Origin: an uncultured Thermococci archaeon | Lineage (GTDB): Archaea > Methanobacteriota_B > Thermococci > Thermococcales > Thermococcaceae | Assembly (NCBI GenBank): GCA_964615185.1 | Contig: CAZTOS010000001.1 | Coordinates: forward strand, 26,479 to 84,362 | Reading direction: 5' to 3' | DNA length: 57,884 nucleotides | In this document: positions 29,255 to 37,731 of the stretch, piece after piece | Numbering within the stretch: the first letter of the stretch is position 1 | Layout: each line of letters begins with the position of its first letter | The notes under the pieces: model-generated | What the model saw: the letters and a program-made list of their open reading frames with translations, nothing else | Database searches by the model: none | Told to the model about the DNA's origin: nothing | Program-made: the position numbers and the translations under genes

Positions 29255-29325
29255 TCAAGCCCGGTATGAGGTGAAGGAGAAGAATATTTAAACTTTGCGG
29301 TGAATTCTTATAAGGTGAAAAGAGG

Positions 29326-29769
29326 ATGATAGATGAGCTTGATCGAAAGATATTGTCCCTCCTTCAGAGAGACGCGCGCTTATCCTACAGAGAGATTGCC
29401 AAAGAACTCAACGTTGCAGTTGGAACGGTCTATAACAGATTGAAAAGACTCGAGGAAGAAGGCATATTAAAAGGATTTTATCCAAAGCTGGATTATGAGA
29501 GACTCGGTTATGAATTAACGGCTATTATAGGGGTCAGGGCTCAGGGGAAAAGAATTATACAAATAGAAAGGGAGATTGCCAAAGATGATCACGTTCTGTG
29601 TGTTTATGATGTTACAGGAGAGTACGACATAATAGTCGTAGCAAAGTTCAAAGGTAGAGAGGATATGAACAGGTTTGTAAAAAAGGTTTTGGCAATAGAT
29701 GGAGTGGAAAAAACAAACACACATGTTGCCATGGACATCGTGAAGGAGGACTTTGTTCTAAAGATTTAG
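29326..29769 (+). CDS. Lrp/AsnC-family transcriptional regulator
   Basis: MIDELDRKILSLLQRDARLSYREIAK HTH; YDVTGEYD RAM domain. Confidence 0.93.
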   Translation: MIDELDRKILSLLQRDARLSYREIAKELNVAVGTVYNRLKRLEEEGILKGFYPKLDYERLGYELTAIIGVRAQGKRIIQIEREIAKDDHVLCVYDVTGEYDIIVVAKFKGREDMNRFVKKVLAIDGVEKTNTHVAMDIVKEDFVLKI

Positions 29770-30087
29770 ATACATATCTATAAACCTCTCTGCCACATCT
29801 TCAAGCCTTTCAACAGGTAGCTTAACCTGTCTTCCATTAACAGACCCCTCAAAGATTATTGGCTGCTTTGGGGCGATTCTTTCAAGTACCTTGAACTCTT
29901 TATTTTGCATAACAGTTTCATCTCTAACCTTTGTAAACTCTTTAAAACTCGCATATCTTATTACTCCCTCAAGAATTATCATCAAACCGCATTCTTCCTC
30001 AGGACAACAAAAATAAAATGGTTTCCCAATTTCTGCATCAACAACAAGACTTTTGCCTTCTGCATTGTATATTAGGAATCTCTCCAT
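29758..30087 (-). CDS. Hypothetical protein
   Basis: 109-aa ORF with a GGGGAG RBS-like element and a CCPEEECG motif. Confidence 0.6.
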   Translation of the reverse strand: MERFLIYNAEGKSLVVDAEIGKPFYFCCPEEECGLMIILEGVIRYASFKEFTKVRDETVMQNKEFKVLERIAPKQPIIFEGSVNGRQVKLPVERLEDVAERFIDMYLNL

Positions 30088-30088
30088 A

Positions 30089-30389
30089 TCAAAGCTCCCC
30101 CACTTCTTCCAATTTTTCTTTTTATCACAAACTCACAATATGAATCACCTTTAGCTTCACATTTAACTTCATGACTCTCCCATTCTCCCCGGATATCCCT
30201 TCTATTATCTGAGCAAGGGCACCAGCACAATGTAAGTGAACCTTATAGCTCTTGTTAAAAGGGAAAAACAAATTGATGCATCAAAATCCTATGGTCTTCA
30301 TTGAATAGTCCAGAAATAATTACACTACGTCCTTCTCTAATTCCGCCTCCCAAGATATCATCCAGTCTTTTTATTCCAGTCCCTATCAT
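30089..30389 (-). pseudogene. Internally deleted and frameshifted KaiC/RAD55-like ATPase-V4R gene remnant
   Basis: MIGTGIKRLDDILGGGIREGRSVIISG... then stop; downstream frames give HCAGALAQIIEGISGE and WESHEVKCEAKGDSYCEFVIK (V4R motif). Confidence 0.75.
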
Positions 30390-31108
30390 AATCTCACCAG
30401 AGTTTCCACTGGGATGTTGTATTCCTCTTTAAGCACGTCAATTATGTTCCCAACACTTATCAGGAAGAACATGCCAACTGGTGTTGCATTTGCTTGTTTA
30501 CACACTTCCAGCAGCGCTCTCTGTGTTTCACCACTTCTGATTACATCATCAACTATTAAAACCCTCTCCCCTCTTTTTAAAGCCCATTGGGGTAAATACA
30601 GCGTCATGATGCTTCCTGAAGCACTGGGAACATAGTTAACTTCATAGAATTTCTCAACACCGACTTCCTTTTTCTTCTTTGCGTAAATCACATCAACGTT
30701 CAGTTCATCAGCTATATGAACAGCTAATGGTATGCCATCTGTTGCTGCTGTGAGAACTTTTGAAACATCCCTGCTGAGATACTTGGATGCAACTTCTTCA
30801 GCTATCAGACTCATCAGGTTTGTGTCACTCAATACTTTCATGTTATCAAAGAGACCATGCTCATCAAACTGGATTCTCCTCCTAACTTCCTCTTCTATAT
30901 TGATATAGGGGGATAAGAGCTCTAAGAGTTCTTTGGCTCTTTCAGTGCTTGGAAGAACTTTACCCCTAACGTATCTATTGAGAACTGTTATCGGCAAACC
31001 TGTTATTTTTGACAACTCTTCATAGGTATATCTCTTTTTAAGCAACTTAAGTATTCTTACCACTCTAAGTTTCTCCTTGACCGCCTCTATTTGACTCAAT
31101 GCCTCCAC
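30386..31108 (-). CDS. HTH + phosphoribosyltransferase domain protein (archaeal PurR-like; start may be TTG 31099)
   Basis: YTYEELSKITGLPITVLNRYVRG HTH; VLIVDDVIRSGET PRPP-binding loop. Confidence 0.88.
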   Translation of the reverse strand: MEALSQIEAVKEKLRVVRILKLLKKRYTYEELSKITGLPITVLNRYVRGKVLPSTERAKELLELLSPYINIEEEVRRRIQFDEHGLFDNMKVLSDTNLMSLIAEEVASKYLSRDVSKVLTAATDGIPLAVHIADELNVDVIYAKKKKEVGVEKFYEVNYVPSASGSIMTLYLPQWALKRGERVLIVDDVIRSGETQRALLEVCKQANATPVGMFFLISVGNIIDVLKEEYNIPVETLVRL

Positions 31109-31188
31109 CTCCCTTTGAAAAAATGATTGACAAAAAAATGTATAAATATATTTCGGTAGAAATTACAATCTACATTGGTATTGCCAAC

Positions 31189-31689
31189 TTAAGGCACTTC
31201 AGAAAAGTCTAATTTTCGACGGTAGTCTTCAATAACCTCCCAAAAGTACTTTTTAACAAATTCTAAAGTAAAGTTTTCACCTTCAGGATGGTTTATTCCT
31301 CTACAAAATCCATCTTCCCTTACATATACTTCAAGCACATGTCCTCTCCTTACAAGCACAAATGGATAAAGTCTACAAGCAAGAGGTCTGTAGGGATACA
31401 CCTTACATTTTCCGTCCTCCCCAAGGAATATGCAACCTCCATCAAAAGGTCTTTTTTTCAGAGCATAAGCCAAGAACTTATCTCCTCTATAAAACATTTT
31501 TTCATAATCAACGAATTCCCATGCGTTGTATCCAAGTTCCTCAAGTCTTTCTATATCCTCATCCCTAAGGGGTATTTCGAGTCTGAAACAGCATTCGGCA
31601 CAATTTTCAATGCATTTAAATTTAAAAGAAGGATCGGACTTTACTTCTAATGTCTTCAGATTTATCGTACCTATCAATCTTTTCTTCAA
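31189..31689 (-). CDS. YkgJ-family (CxxCxxCC) cysteine-cluster protein
   Basis: FKCIENCAECC, CIFL...CKVYPYRPLACRLYPF. Confidence 0.88.
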   Translation of the reverse strand: MKKRLIGTINLKTLEVKSDPSFKFKCIENCAECCFRLEIPLRDEDIERLEELGYNAWEFVDYEKMFYRGDKFLAYALKKRPFDGGCIFLGEDGKCKVYPYRPLACRLYPFVLVRRGHVLEVYVREDGFCRGINHPEGENFTLEFVKKYFWEVIEDYRRKLDFSEVP

Positions 31690-31700
31690 GAATCCACCCC

Positions 31701-31940
31701 CTATATCCTGTATGAGCTCGCTATCAGTGTCTCCGTCATCTCAATATCTCCAATTTTTCTGAGTATCTCATCATGGAATTTGTCAAGCTCTGAAATGTTA
31801 CCAACTTCCACTCTGAGTACAATATCGTATTCTCCATATACACGGTAAATTTCTTTCACCATTGGCTTGTCCTTAAGTTTGTTGTATACTTTTTCCTCAT
31901 TTCCCGGCTTTACGATAATCAAAACGAACGCCTCCATCAT
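31701..31940 (-). CDS. Stand-alone Lrp/AsnC ligand-binding (RAM) domain protein
   Basis: EAFVLI.VKPG...YRVYGEYDIVLRV...TETLIA, no HTH. Confidence 0.88.
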   Translation of the reverse strand: MMEAFVLIIVKPGNEEKVYNKLKDKPMVKEIYRVYGEYDIVLRVEVGNISELDKFHDEILRKIGDIEMTETLIASSYRI

Positions 31941-33283
31941 ATTCCAAAACCTCCCATACCAAATCTTTTCATCATCCTATTAAGGCTTCTCTTGTTCATA
32001 CTCTTAAAGAATTTCTTCATCTGATTATACTGCTCAAGCAGTTCTTTGACGTCTTTCACTGTGGTCCCAGAACCTCTGGCAATTCTCTTAATGCGCGAGT
32101 AGTTGATTATCTCAGGATGTTCAAGCTCCTCTTCAGTCATTGAATCCATGATCACCTTAAATTTCTTCAATCTTTGCTCGCTAACCCTGACAACATCATC
32201 AGGAAGAGAGTATCCCAAACCAGGGATCATCTGAAGTATCTGCTTTAAGGGGCCCATTTTGCTCATAGCTTCAAGCTGAGCATACATATCCTTAAGATTG
32301 AATTTCCCACGCATGAACTTTTCCAGATCCTCTTCTTTGAGTTCTTGAGCTTTGCTTAACTCCTCAAATTTCTCCAAGAGACCTTGAATGTCACCTAAGC
32401 CAAGTAACCTTGATACAAATCGCTTCGGGTCAAAGGGCTCTAAATCATCAATTTTTTCGCCAACACCAATGAACTTTATTGGTGCGCCTGTTGCCACAAC
32501 AGCTGACAATGCTCCTCCTCCTTTTGCTGAGCCGTCAAGTTTCGTAACAATGATTGAACCTATTGGAGTTGCCTCTTTAAATGCTAATGCCTGGTTATAA
32601 GCCTGCTGTCCAATTGTTCCATCTATAACAAGAATGACCTCATGAGGTTTTATCGCATCACTTATCTGTTTCATTTCTTCGATTAGACTTTTCTCTTCTT
32701 TATGCCTCCCAGCAGAATCAACTATGATTATGTCAACTCCTTTACGCTTGAAGTACTCAACCCCCTCTTTAGCAAGCCTAACGGCATCCTTTTCATTGGG
32801 GTCTCCAAAAACCTCAATGCCGTAGGGATCAACTAACTGTTTAAGCTGATGATATGCCCCAGGGCGCCAAGTGTCTGAGCATACAACTCCCACTTTATAT
32901 CCTCTTTTCTGGAAATACCGAGCAAGCTTAGCAACTGTTGTTGTCTTACCAGAACCCTGGATTCCAACCGTAAGCAGAATAGTTGGCTTCTCTCTAATTT
33001 CTATTGGTTTTGCTTCTTTCCCAAGGAAGTTTGTGAGCTCTTCGTAAACTATTTTTATGATGTGTTCTCTTCTGGACACTCCCGCGGGCGGCTTTTCTTC
33101 CAGAGCTCTTTTTTGAATTTTCTTACTCAGATCCAAAACAAGACGAACATTAACATCACTCATGATTAAAGCTCTTTGTATGTCTCTTACGACCTCTTTA
33201 ATCAGCGCTTCATCAACGGAACTTGCACGTGCGAGTTTTTTTAATGCGGCGTTTAATGCCTTGCCAAGACTCTCTAAAGCCAT
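31937..33283 (-). CDS. srp54: Signal recognition particle protein SRP54
   Basis: GIQGSGKTTT, DTWRPGA, DSAGRH, TKLDGSAKGGG, Met-rich M domain with RIARGSG. Confidence 0.97.
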   Translation of the reverse strand: MALESLGKALNAALKKLARASSVDEALIKEVVRDIQRALIMSDVNVRLVLDLSKKIQKRALEEKPPAGVSRREHIIKIVYEELTNFLGKEAKPIEIREKPTILLTVGIQGSGKTTTVAKLARYFQKRGYKVGVVCSDTWRPGAYHQLKQLVDPYGIEVFGDPNEKDAVRLAKEGVEYFKRKGVDIIIVDSAGRHKEEKSLIEEMKQISDAIKPHEVILVIDGTIGQQAYNQALAFKEATPIGSIIVTKLDGSAKGGGALSAVVATGAPIKFIGVGEKIDDLEPFDPKRFVSRLLGLGDIQGLLEKFEELSKAQELKEEDLEKFMRGKFNLKDMYAQLEAMSKMGPLKQILQMIPGLGYSLPDDVVRVSEQRLKKFKVIMDSMTEEELEHPEIINYSRIKRIARGSGTTVKDVKELLEQYNQMKKFFKSMNKRSLNRMMKRFGMGGFGI

Positions 33284-33561
33284 GTATCTCTCACCATAAG
33301 AAGGAGTGATACAAAGTTTATAACCCTATAGGTTTTTCAGCATTGTATTAATGAACACGCTTTTAACAAATAACGCCATTTTAGCTCTTTTTCATGTTCA
33401 AATATGTTCATTATATCTGAAAGTAGAACATTTGAGTTGTTTTGCGGGAGTTTTGATCTGAGAAAAGCATTCACAGCCATTTTGAAACGCACAAAGCTTT
33501 TAATCCCAAAATATCCAACAATTATTGAGTATAAGAGAAAAATAGAAAGGAGGTGAGAGAT

Positions 33562-33669
33562 ATGGAATGGTTACCAATCCTTCACGGATACATGCTCATT
33601 AAAGAGATGGAAAAGAGAAAGAAGAAACCAGTGCCAGAGGAACTCGAATATGTAGAGGAGTTAGTCTAA
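33562..33669 (+). CDS. Putative 35-aa small protein MEWLPILHGYMLIKEMEKRKKKPVPEELEYVEELV
   Basis: Ideal GGAGGTGA RBS 5 nt before ATG; BRE/TATA-like AAAGCTTTTAAT about 60 nt upstream; below the ORF-track cutoff. Confidence 0.6.
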   Translation: MEWLPILHGYMLIKEMEKRKKKPVPEELEYVEELV

Positions 33670-34944
33670 AGCTTTTCCTTTTGTCTCTTTTCCGAGTACT
33701 GCAATATCTAAAGCTCCCACTATTGAAATTACTGCTATTAATAGAACCGCAACTCCCACTGTGGAGATCTCCATGATTTTTCCGGCAACTATTGGAGCTA
33801 ATCCACCGCCTATTCTCGCCATAGCTCCCGCCCATCCTGTTCCCGTTCCCCTAACACTTGTTGGATACAGCTCTGGAGTATAAGCATAGATTGCTCCCCA
33901 TGCACCTAAGTTGAAAAAGCTGAACAACACTGCACTTAAGACTATCATTGAGACACTCCCAGAGCTTGCGAATTTATAGAACAAAAGTCCAGCCAAACCT
34001 GATAGAAAGAGATAGCTTGAAAGTGTTTTCTTTCTTCCAATTTTTTCAATGAGATATGCTGCACTCCAATAACCCGGTAGCTGAGCGACTGCAGTGATTA
34101 TGAAATACTGAAAGCTCTTGAAAACTGTAATATTGAGTGTTGATGCAAGAAACTTTGGAAGCCATATAAAGAATCCATAGTAAGCAAATGCAATACTGAA
34201 CCATGCAACTGTCAACATAAATGTCGTCTTTGCATATTTGCTCCAGAGCTCTGCGATGGTAATTCTTTTGTGCTCTTCCTTAGGAATCTCCAGCTTTCCT
34301 GAAACTCCAAAGATCTTCTTTATTATCTCATTGGCCTCTTTGATTCTCCCTTTAAGAAGCAGAAAACGTGGAGATTCTGGTAATGACACTAAAAGGGGCA
34401 GTGCTAATAGAATTGAACCACCGAATAGTAGTATGGTCCTCCAATCCACTTTTACTATTATGGCAACAATTCCAATTATTATAGTACCAATTGCCCAAAA
34501 ACTCTCCAATATTGAGATCATTGCACCTCTAATTCTCTTTGGCATAAATTCAGCAAAGTATGAGCTTGCAACTGGGAGAGATCCGCCCAGTCCAAGACCA
34601 ACAATAAACCTCAACAGAATCAGTTGATCTAAACTCTGAACAAAAGAACTTATCAATGAGGCAAAGCCAAACGTAGCTACTGCCAAACTCAAGCTTTTCT
34701 TTCTTCCTATATAATCAGCCAGTATTCCAAAGAACCATGCCCCAAGTAACATGCCCCATAATGCTGCCGACCCCATCGCTCCAAGTTTAGTCAAGCTACC
34801 CTGAAATGCAGGCTCTTTTTTTAGTAATGGAATTATAAACGCTACAGAAAGAGTGTTAATAGCTATAAATGCCCATATTGTCCCCAAAACAGCCAGCAGT
34901 TTATAATGGAACTTTCCAAGCTTGGCACTCTCTATAGCTTCCAT
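33661..34944 (-). CDS. MFS transporter (YceI/NiaP-like)
   Basis: GILADYIGRK motif A, RFIVGLGLGG, PESPRFL, YTPELYPTSVRGTG. Confidence 0.9.
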   Translation of the reverse strand: MEAIESAKLGKFHYKLLAVLGTIWAFIAINTLSVAFIIPLLKKEPAFQGSLTKLGAMGSAALWGMLLGAWFFGILADYIGRKKSLSLAVATFGFASLISSFVQSLDQLILLRFIVGLGLGGSLPVASSYFAEFMPKRIRGAMISILESFWAIGTIIIGIVAIIVKVDWRTILLFGGSILLALPLLVSLPESPRFLLLKGRIKEANEIIKKIFGVSGKLEIPKEEHKRITIAELWSKYAKTTFMLTVAWFSIAFAYYGFFIWLPKFLASTLNITVFKSFQYFIITAVAQLPGYWSAAYLIEKIGRKKTLSSYLFLSGLAGLLFYKFASSGSVSMIVLSAVLFSFFNLGAWGAIYAYTPELYPTSVRGTGTGWAGAMARIGGGLAPIVAGKIMEISTVGVAVLLIAVISIVGALDIAVLGKETKGKALD

Positions 34945-34952
34945 TTTTCATC

Positions 34953-34970
34953 ACCGAACATTTGTTCGGT
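34953..34970. promoter_or_regulatory. Perfect palindrome overlapping the MFS RBS
   Basis: ACCGAACA-TT-TGTTCGGT; overlaps the minus-strand GGTGA. Confidence 0.6.
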
Positions 34971-35136
34971 TGATTGACTTAAAAATCTTTTTACATAAAA
35001 AAGAGAGATTTTACGAAATATTTTAATCTGATCTCCCTATCATCCAAAAAACATAAGGCCTAACCCTCACTTAAGAAGAACATACAGTACAGCAAGGATT
35101 AAGAACAACAAAAACTCAAAGAAAGTGGGTGAAAAA

Positions 35137-35991
35137 ATGAAGGTACATTATGAGTGTCTCGCGTGTCAAGTACTTCAATGTCAAAAAATAGTAGAATTCA
35201 GCACTGAAGATTTAGAAAAAAGAAAAAGAAGCATGATTTTTTCATCCAAGCTTTTTGCAAAATATTTTGATGAAGATTCAATTCCAGCTGTTGTTGGAAG
35301 TGAGGTATTCCTTGAACTTTACAAATATTTAGAAACTGATGACCCATTTGAGAAATACAAAGGCAAATCAAATAAACTCGCATATAAGGTAGTGGAGGAT
35401 TTGAAGAGAAAAGTTAAAATTGACCTAAAAACTGCACTTAAGTTGGCAATAGCCGGTAATGTAATTGACTTTGCTGTTGGATATGAGCCTGAAAAAATTG
35501 AAGAGGATATTCTAAGAATGCTAAAGGAGGAATTATACATTGATGAGAGCAAAAAACTGTTTAGAACCCTAAAAAGAGCAGAAATTCTATTGTATCTAAC
35601 AGATAATTGCGGGGAGATATACTTTGATAAGTTACTCATAGAGAAAATCAAGAAAGAATTCCCAAGATTAAAAATTTACATTGCCGGGAAAGAAGGCCCC
35701 ATAATAAACGATGCAACTGTCAAAGATCTAAAAGACGCTGGTTTGAATGAAGTTGGAAAAATAATTTCCACTGGAACAAGAATAGTTGGTGTCCCAATTG
35801 ACAAAGTCAGCAAAAAGTTCCTTGAAATATTCGATAGAGCTGATGTCATAATAGCTAAAGGCCAAGGCAACTTCGAAACCTTGAGTGAGCTTAGAGATGA
35901 AAGAGTCTTCTTTCTGTTAAAGGCAAAGTGCAAACCAGTGGTAAGAGAGTGGAATGTTCCCCAAGGTTCATTGCTATGCACCACATTATAG
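35137..35991 (+). CDS. DUF89/ARMT1-like damage-control phosphatase
   Basis: ECLACQ, AIAGNVIDF, LTDNCGE, PIINDAT, KGQGNFE, LLKAKC. Confidence 0.9.
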   Translation: MKVHYECLACQVLQCQKIVEFSTEDLEKRKRSMIFSSKLFAKYFDEDSIPAVVGSEVFLELYKYLETDDPFEKYKGKSNKLAYKVVEDLKRKVKIDLKTALKLAIAGNVIDFAVGYEPEKIEEDILRMLKEELYIDESKKLFRTLKRAEILLYLTDNCGEIYFDKLLIEKIKKEFPRLKIYIAGKEGPIINDATVKDLKDAGLNEVGKIISTGTRIVGVPIDKVSKKFLEIFDRADVIIAKGQGNFETLSELRDERVFFLLKAKCKPVVREWNVPQGSLLCTTL

Positions 35992-36073
35992 ACAATCGTC
36001 GATATCATTCTTAACGAATGACTATTAAAAAGGTTTTTATATCTTGGGGTTGTATAGATATATGGTGATATAG

Positions 36074-36283
36074 ATGCCAGCTGTGATTAGGAAGGATATT
36101 AATAAATTTGTGAAAGAGTTAAAAATGCATTACAGCGATGTCTGGAAGATACCCTCAAGTAAATATCTCGATAACCCTGATTTTATTGTAATTGACCCAA
36201 AAACAGGGAAAAAAGTCAAGATTAGCTTTGTTGCTCTGGATGACGGGGAAACCGTCAGTATCGTATACGATGACTTAAGCTGA
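36074..36283 (+). CDS. Small conserved hypothetical protein
   Basis: 69-aa ORF with a GGTGA RBS and upstream TATA. Confidence 0.65.
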   Translation: MPAVIRKDINKFVKELKMHYSDVWKIPSSKYLDNPDFIVIDPKTGKKVKISFVALDDGETVSIVYDDLS

Positions 36284-36416
36284 ATTGGTACTCTTTCGTT
36301 TTTTGTCGTATAATTTTTCTGTTCTTCATTATCATTGAATACTAAAGAGGAAAGTTTATTCGGAAGCAGTAGCCTTTTTAAACTTCTTTTGTACCCTTTT
36401 CTTAAGGTGATACAGA

Positions 36417-37220
36417 ATGGTAAGGATAGCAATTATTGGAGGTTCTGGAGTTTATGATCCCAAGCTTTTAGAAAACATAAGAGAAGAGGAAGTAAATACC
36501 CCATACGGAAAAATCAAAGTGAAAATAGGGACATATAAAGGGGAAGAGATAGCCTTTTTAGCCAGACATGGAGAAAAGCACAGCGTTCCACCTCATAAAA
36601 TAAACTACCGGGCAAATATCTGGGGGCTTTATGAACTTGGTGTTGAAAGAATTTTGGCAACCTCAGCTGTTGGCTCACTGAACGAAGCAATGAAACCTGG
36701 AGACTTCGTGATTCTTGACCAGCTTATGGATTTCACAAAAAGCAGAGTATATACATTCTATGATGGTGAAGATTCACCACATGATAGAAAATTTGTTGCG
36801 CATGTTGATTTCACTGATCCTTATTGTCCAGAGATTAGGAATGCCCTCATCAGAGCAGCAAAAGAGTTCGGATTCAGCTATCATCCAAAGGGTACTTATG
36901 CTTGTATGGAAGGACCAAGGTTTGAAACAAGAGCTGAGATTAGAGCATTAAGAATTTTAGGAGCAGATGTTGTTGGAATGACCCAATGTCCAGAGGCAAT
37001 TTTGGCAAGGGAACTTGAGATGTGCTACTCAAGTGTTGCAGTAGTTACGAACTTTGCTGCAGGAATAAGTTCTCAAAAGTTGACCCATAGAGAAGTCGTT
37101 GAATTAATGGCAAAGAAGAGCGAGGAAATAAAGTACCTCCTCATGAAAGCAATTGAGTACATCCCAAAAGAGAGGAGATGCATGTGCAAAGATGCCCTAA
37201 AAGGTGCGACTGGAGATTAA
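36417..37220 (+). CDS. MTAP/PNP-family nucleoside phosphorylase, probably 6-oxopurine/methylthioinosine-specific
   Basis: IIGGSG, RHG.KH..PPH.INYRAN, EGPRFET.AE, VGMT; specificity motif VTNFAAG instead of the TDYD of true MTAP. Confidence 0.88.
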   Translation: MVRIAIIGGSGVYDPKLLENIREEEVNTPYGKIKVKIGTYKGEEIAFLARHGEKHSVPPHKINYRANIWGLYELGVERILATSAVGSLNEAMKPGDFVILDQLMDFTKSRVYTFYDGEDSPHDRKFVAHVDFTDPYCPEIRNALIRAAKEFGFSYHPKGTYACMEGPRFETRAEIRALRILGADVVGMTQCPEAILARELEMCYSSVAVVTNFAAGISSQKLTHREVVELMAKKSEEIKYLLMKAIEYIPKERRCMCKDALKGATGD

Positions 37221-37249
37221 TTTTCTTTTTTGTCTCTGTTTTAGGAGAA

Positions 37250-37327
37250 TGGCGCCCCGGCGGGGATTTGAACCCCGGACCTCGAGGTCCGCAGCCTCGC
37301 GCCCTATCCAGACTAGGCCACCGGGGC
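37250..37327 (-). tRNA. tRNA-Arg(GCG)
   Basis: GCCCCGG acceptor, CGAGG-CTGCGGA-CCTCG anticodon arm, CCA. Confidence 0.96.
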
Positions 37328-37417
37328 ACGCTCATTGGGTTTTAAAAAATGCTCTTTATAAAGTTTGCTGGCGAAAAACTTATAAAGACACTCTTATGTT
37401 AGTATTTAACGAGCTGT

Positions 37418-37495
37418 GCGGTGGTAGTCTAGCCTGGCCTAGGACAGCGGCCTGCCACGCCGCGGGCCCGGGTTCAAATCCCGGCCACCGCACCA
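37418..37495 (+). tRNA. tRNA-Gly(GCC)
   Basis: GCGGTGG acceptor, GCGGC-CTGCCAC-GCCGC anticodon arm, CCA. Confidence 0.96.
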
Positions 37496-37731
37496 TCTTA
37501 AGTTTTCTGATTAATTCTGGTGGTTTCTCATTAAACAAACCCTAACAACATTGGGAACTCTTATTTCAAGGATGAATATTTGTAGGGATTGATCTATCTA
37601 TTACACCAAAGCAAGAGAAATTAAGTATTGTCCTATCAGTAACCTCCTCCATTCAGGAGTAATTATTAAAGCCTACATTGAAATTTCATCTGTTGACAAT
37701 TCTTCACCGTCTAATATCTCCACATCGCCTT

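Noticed and set aside
37141..37545. ORFs 37141-37335 and 37204-37545 (also 41817-42044 and 56831-57037)
   Set aside because: They are translations of GC-rich tRNA genes.
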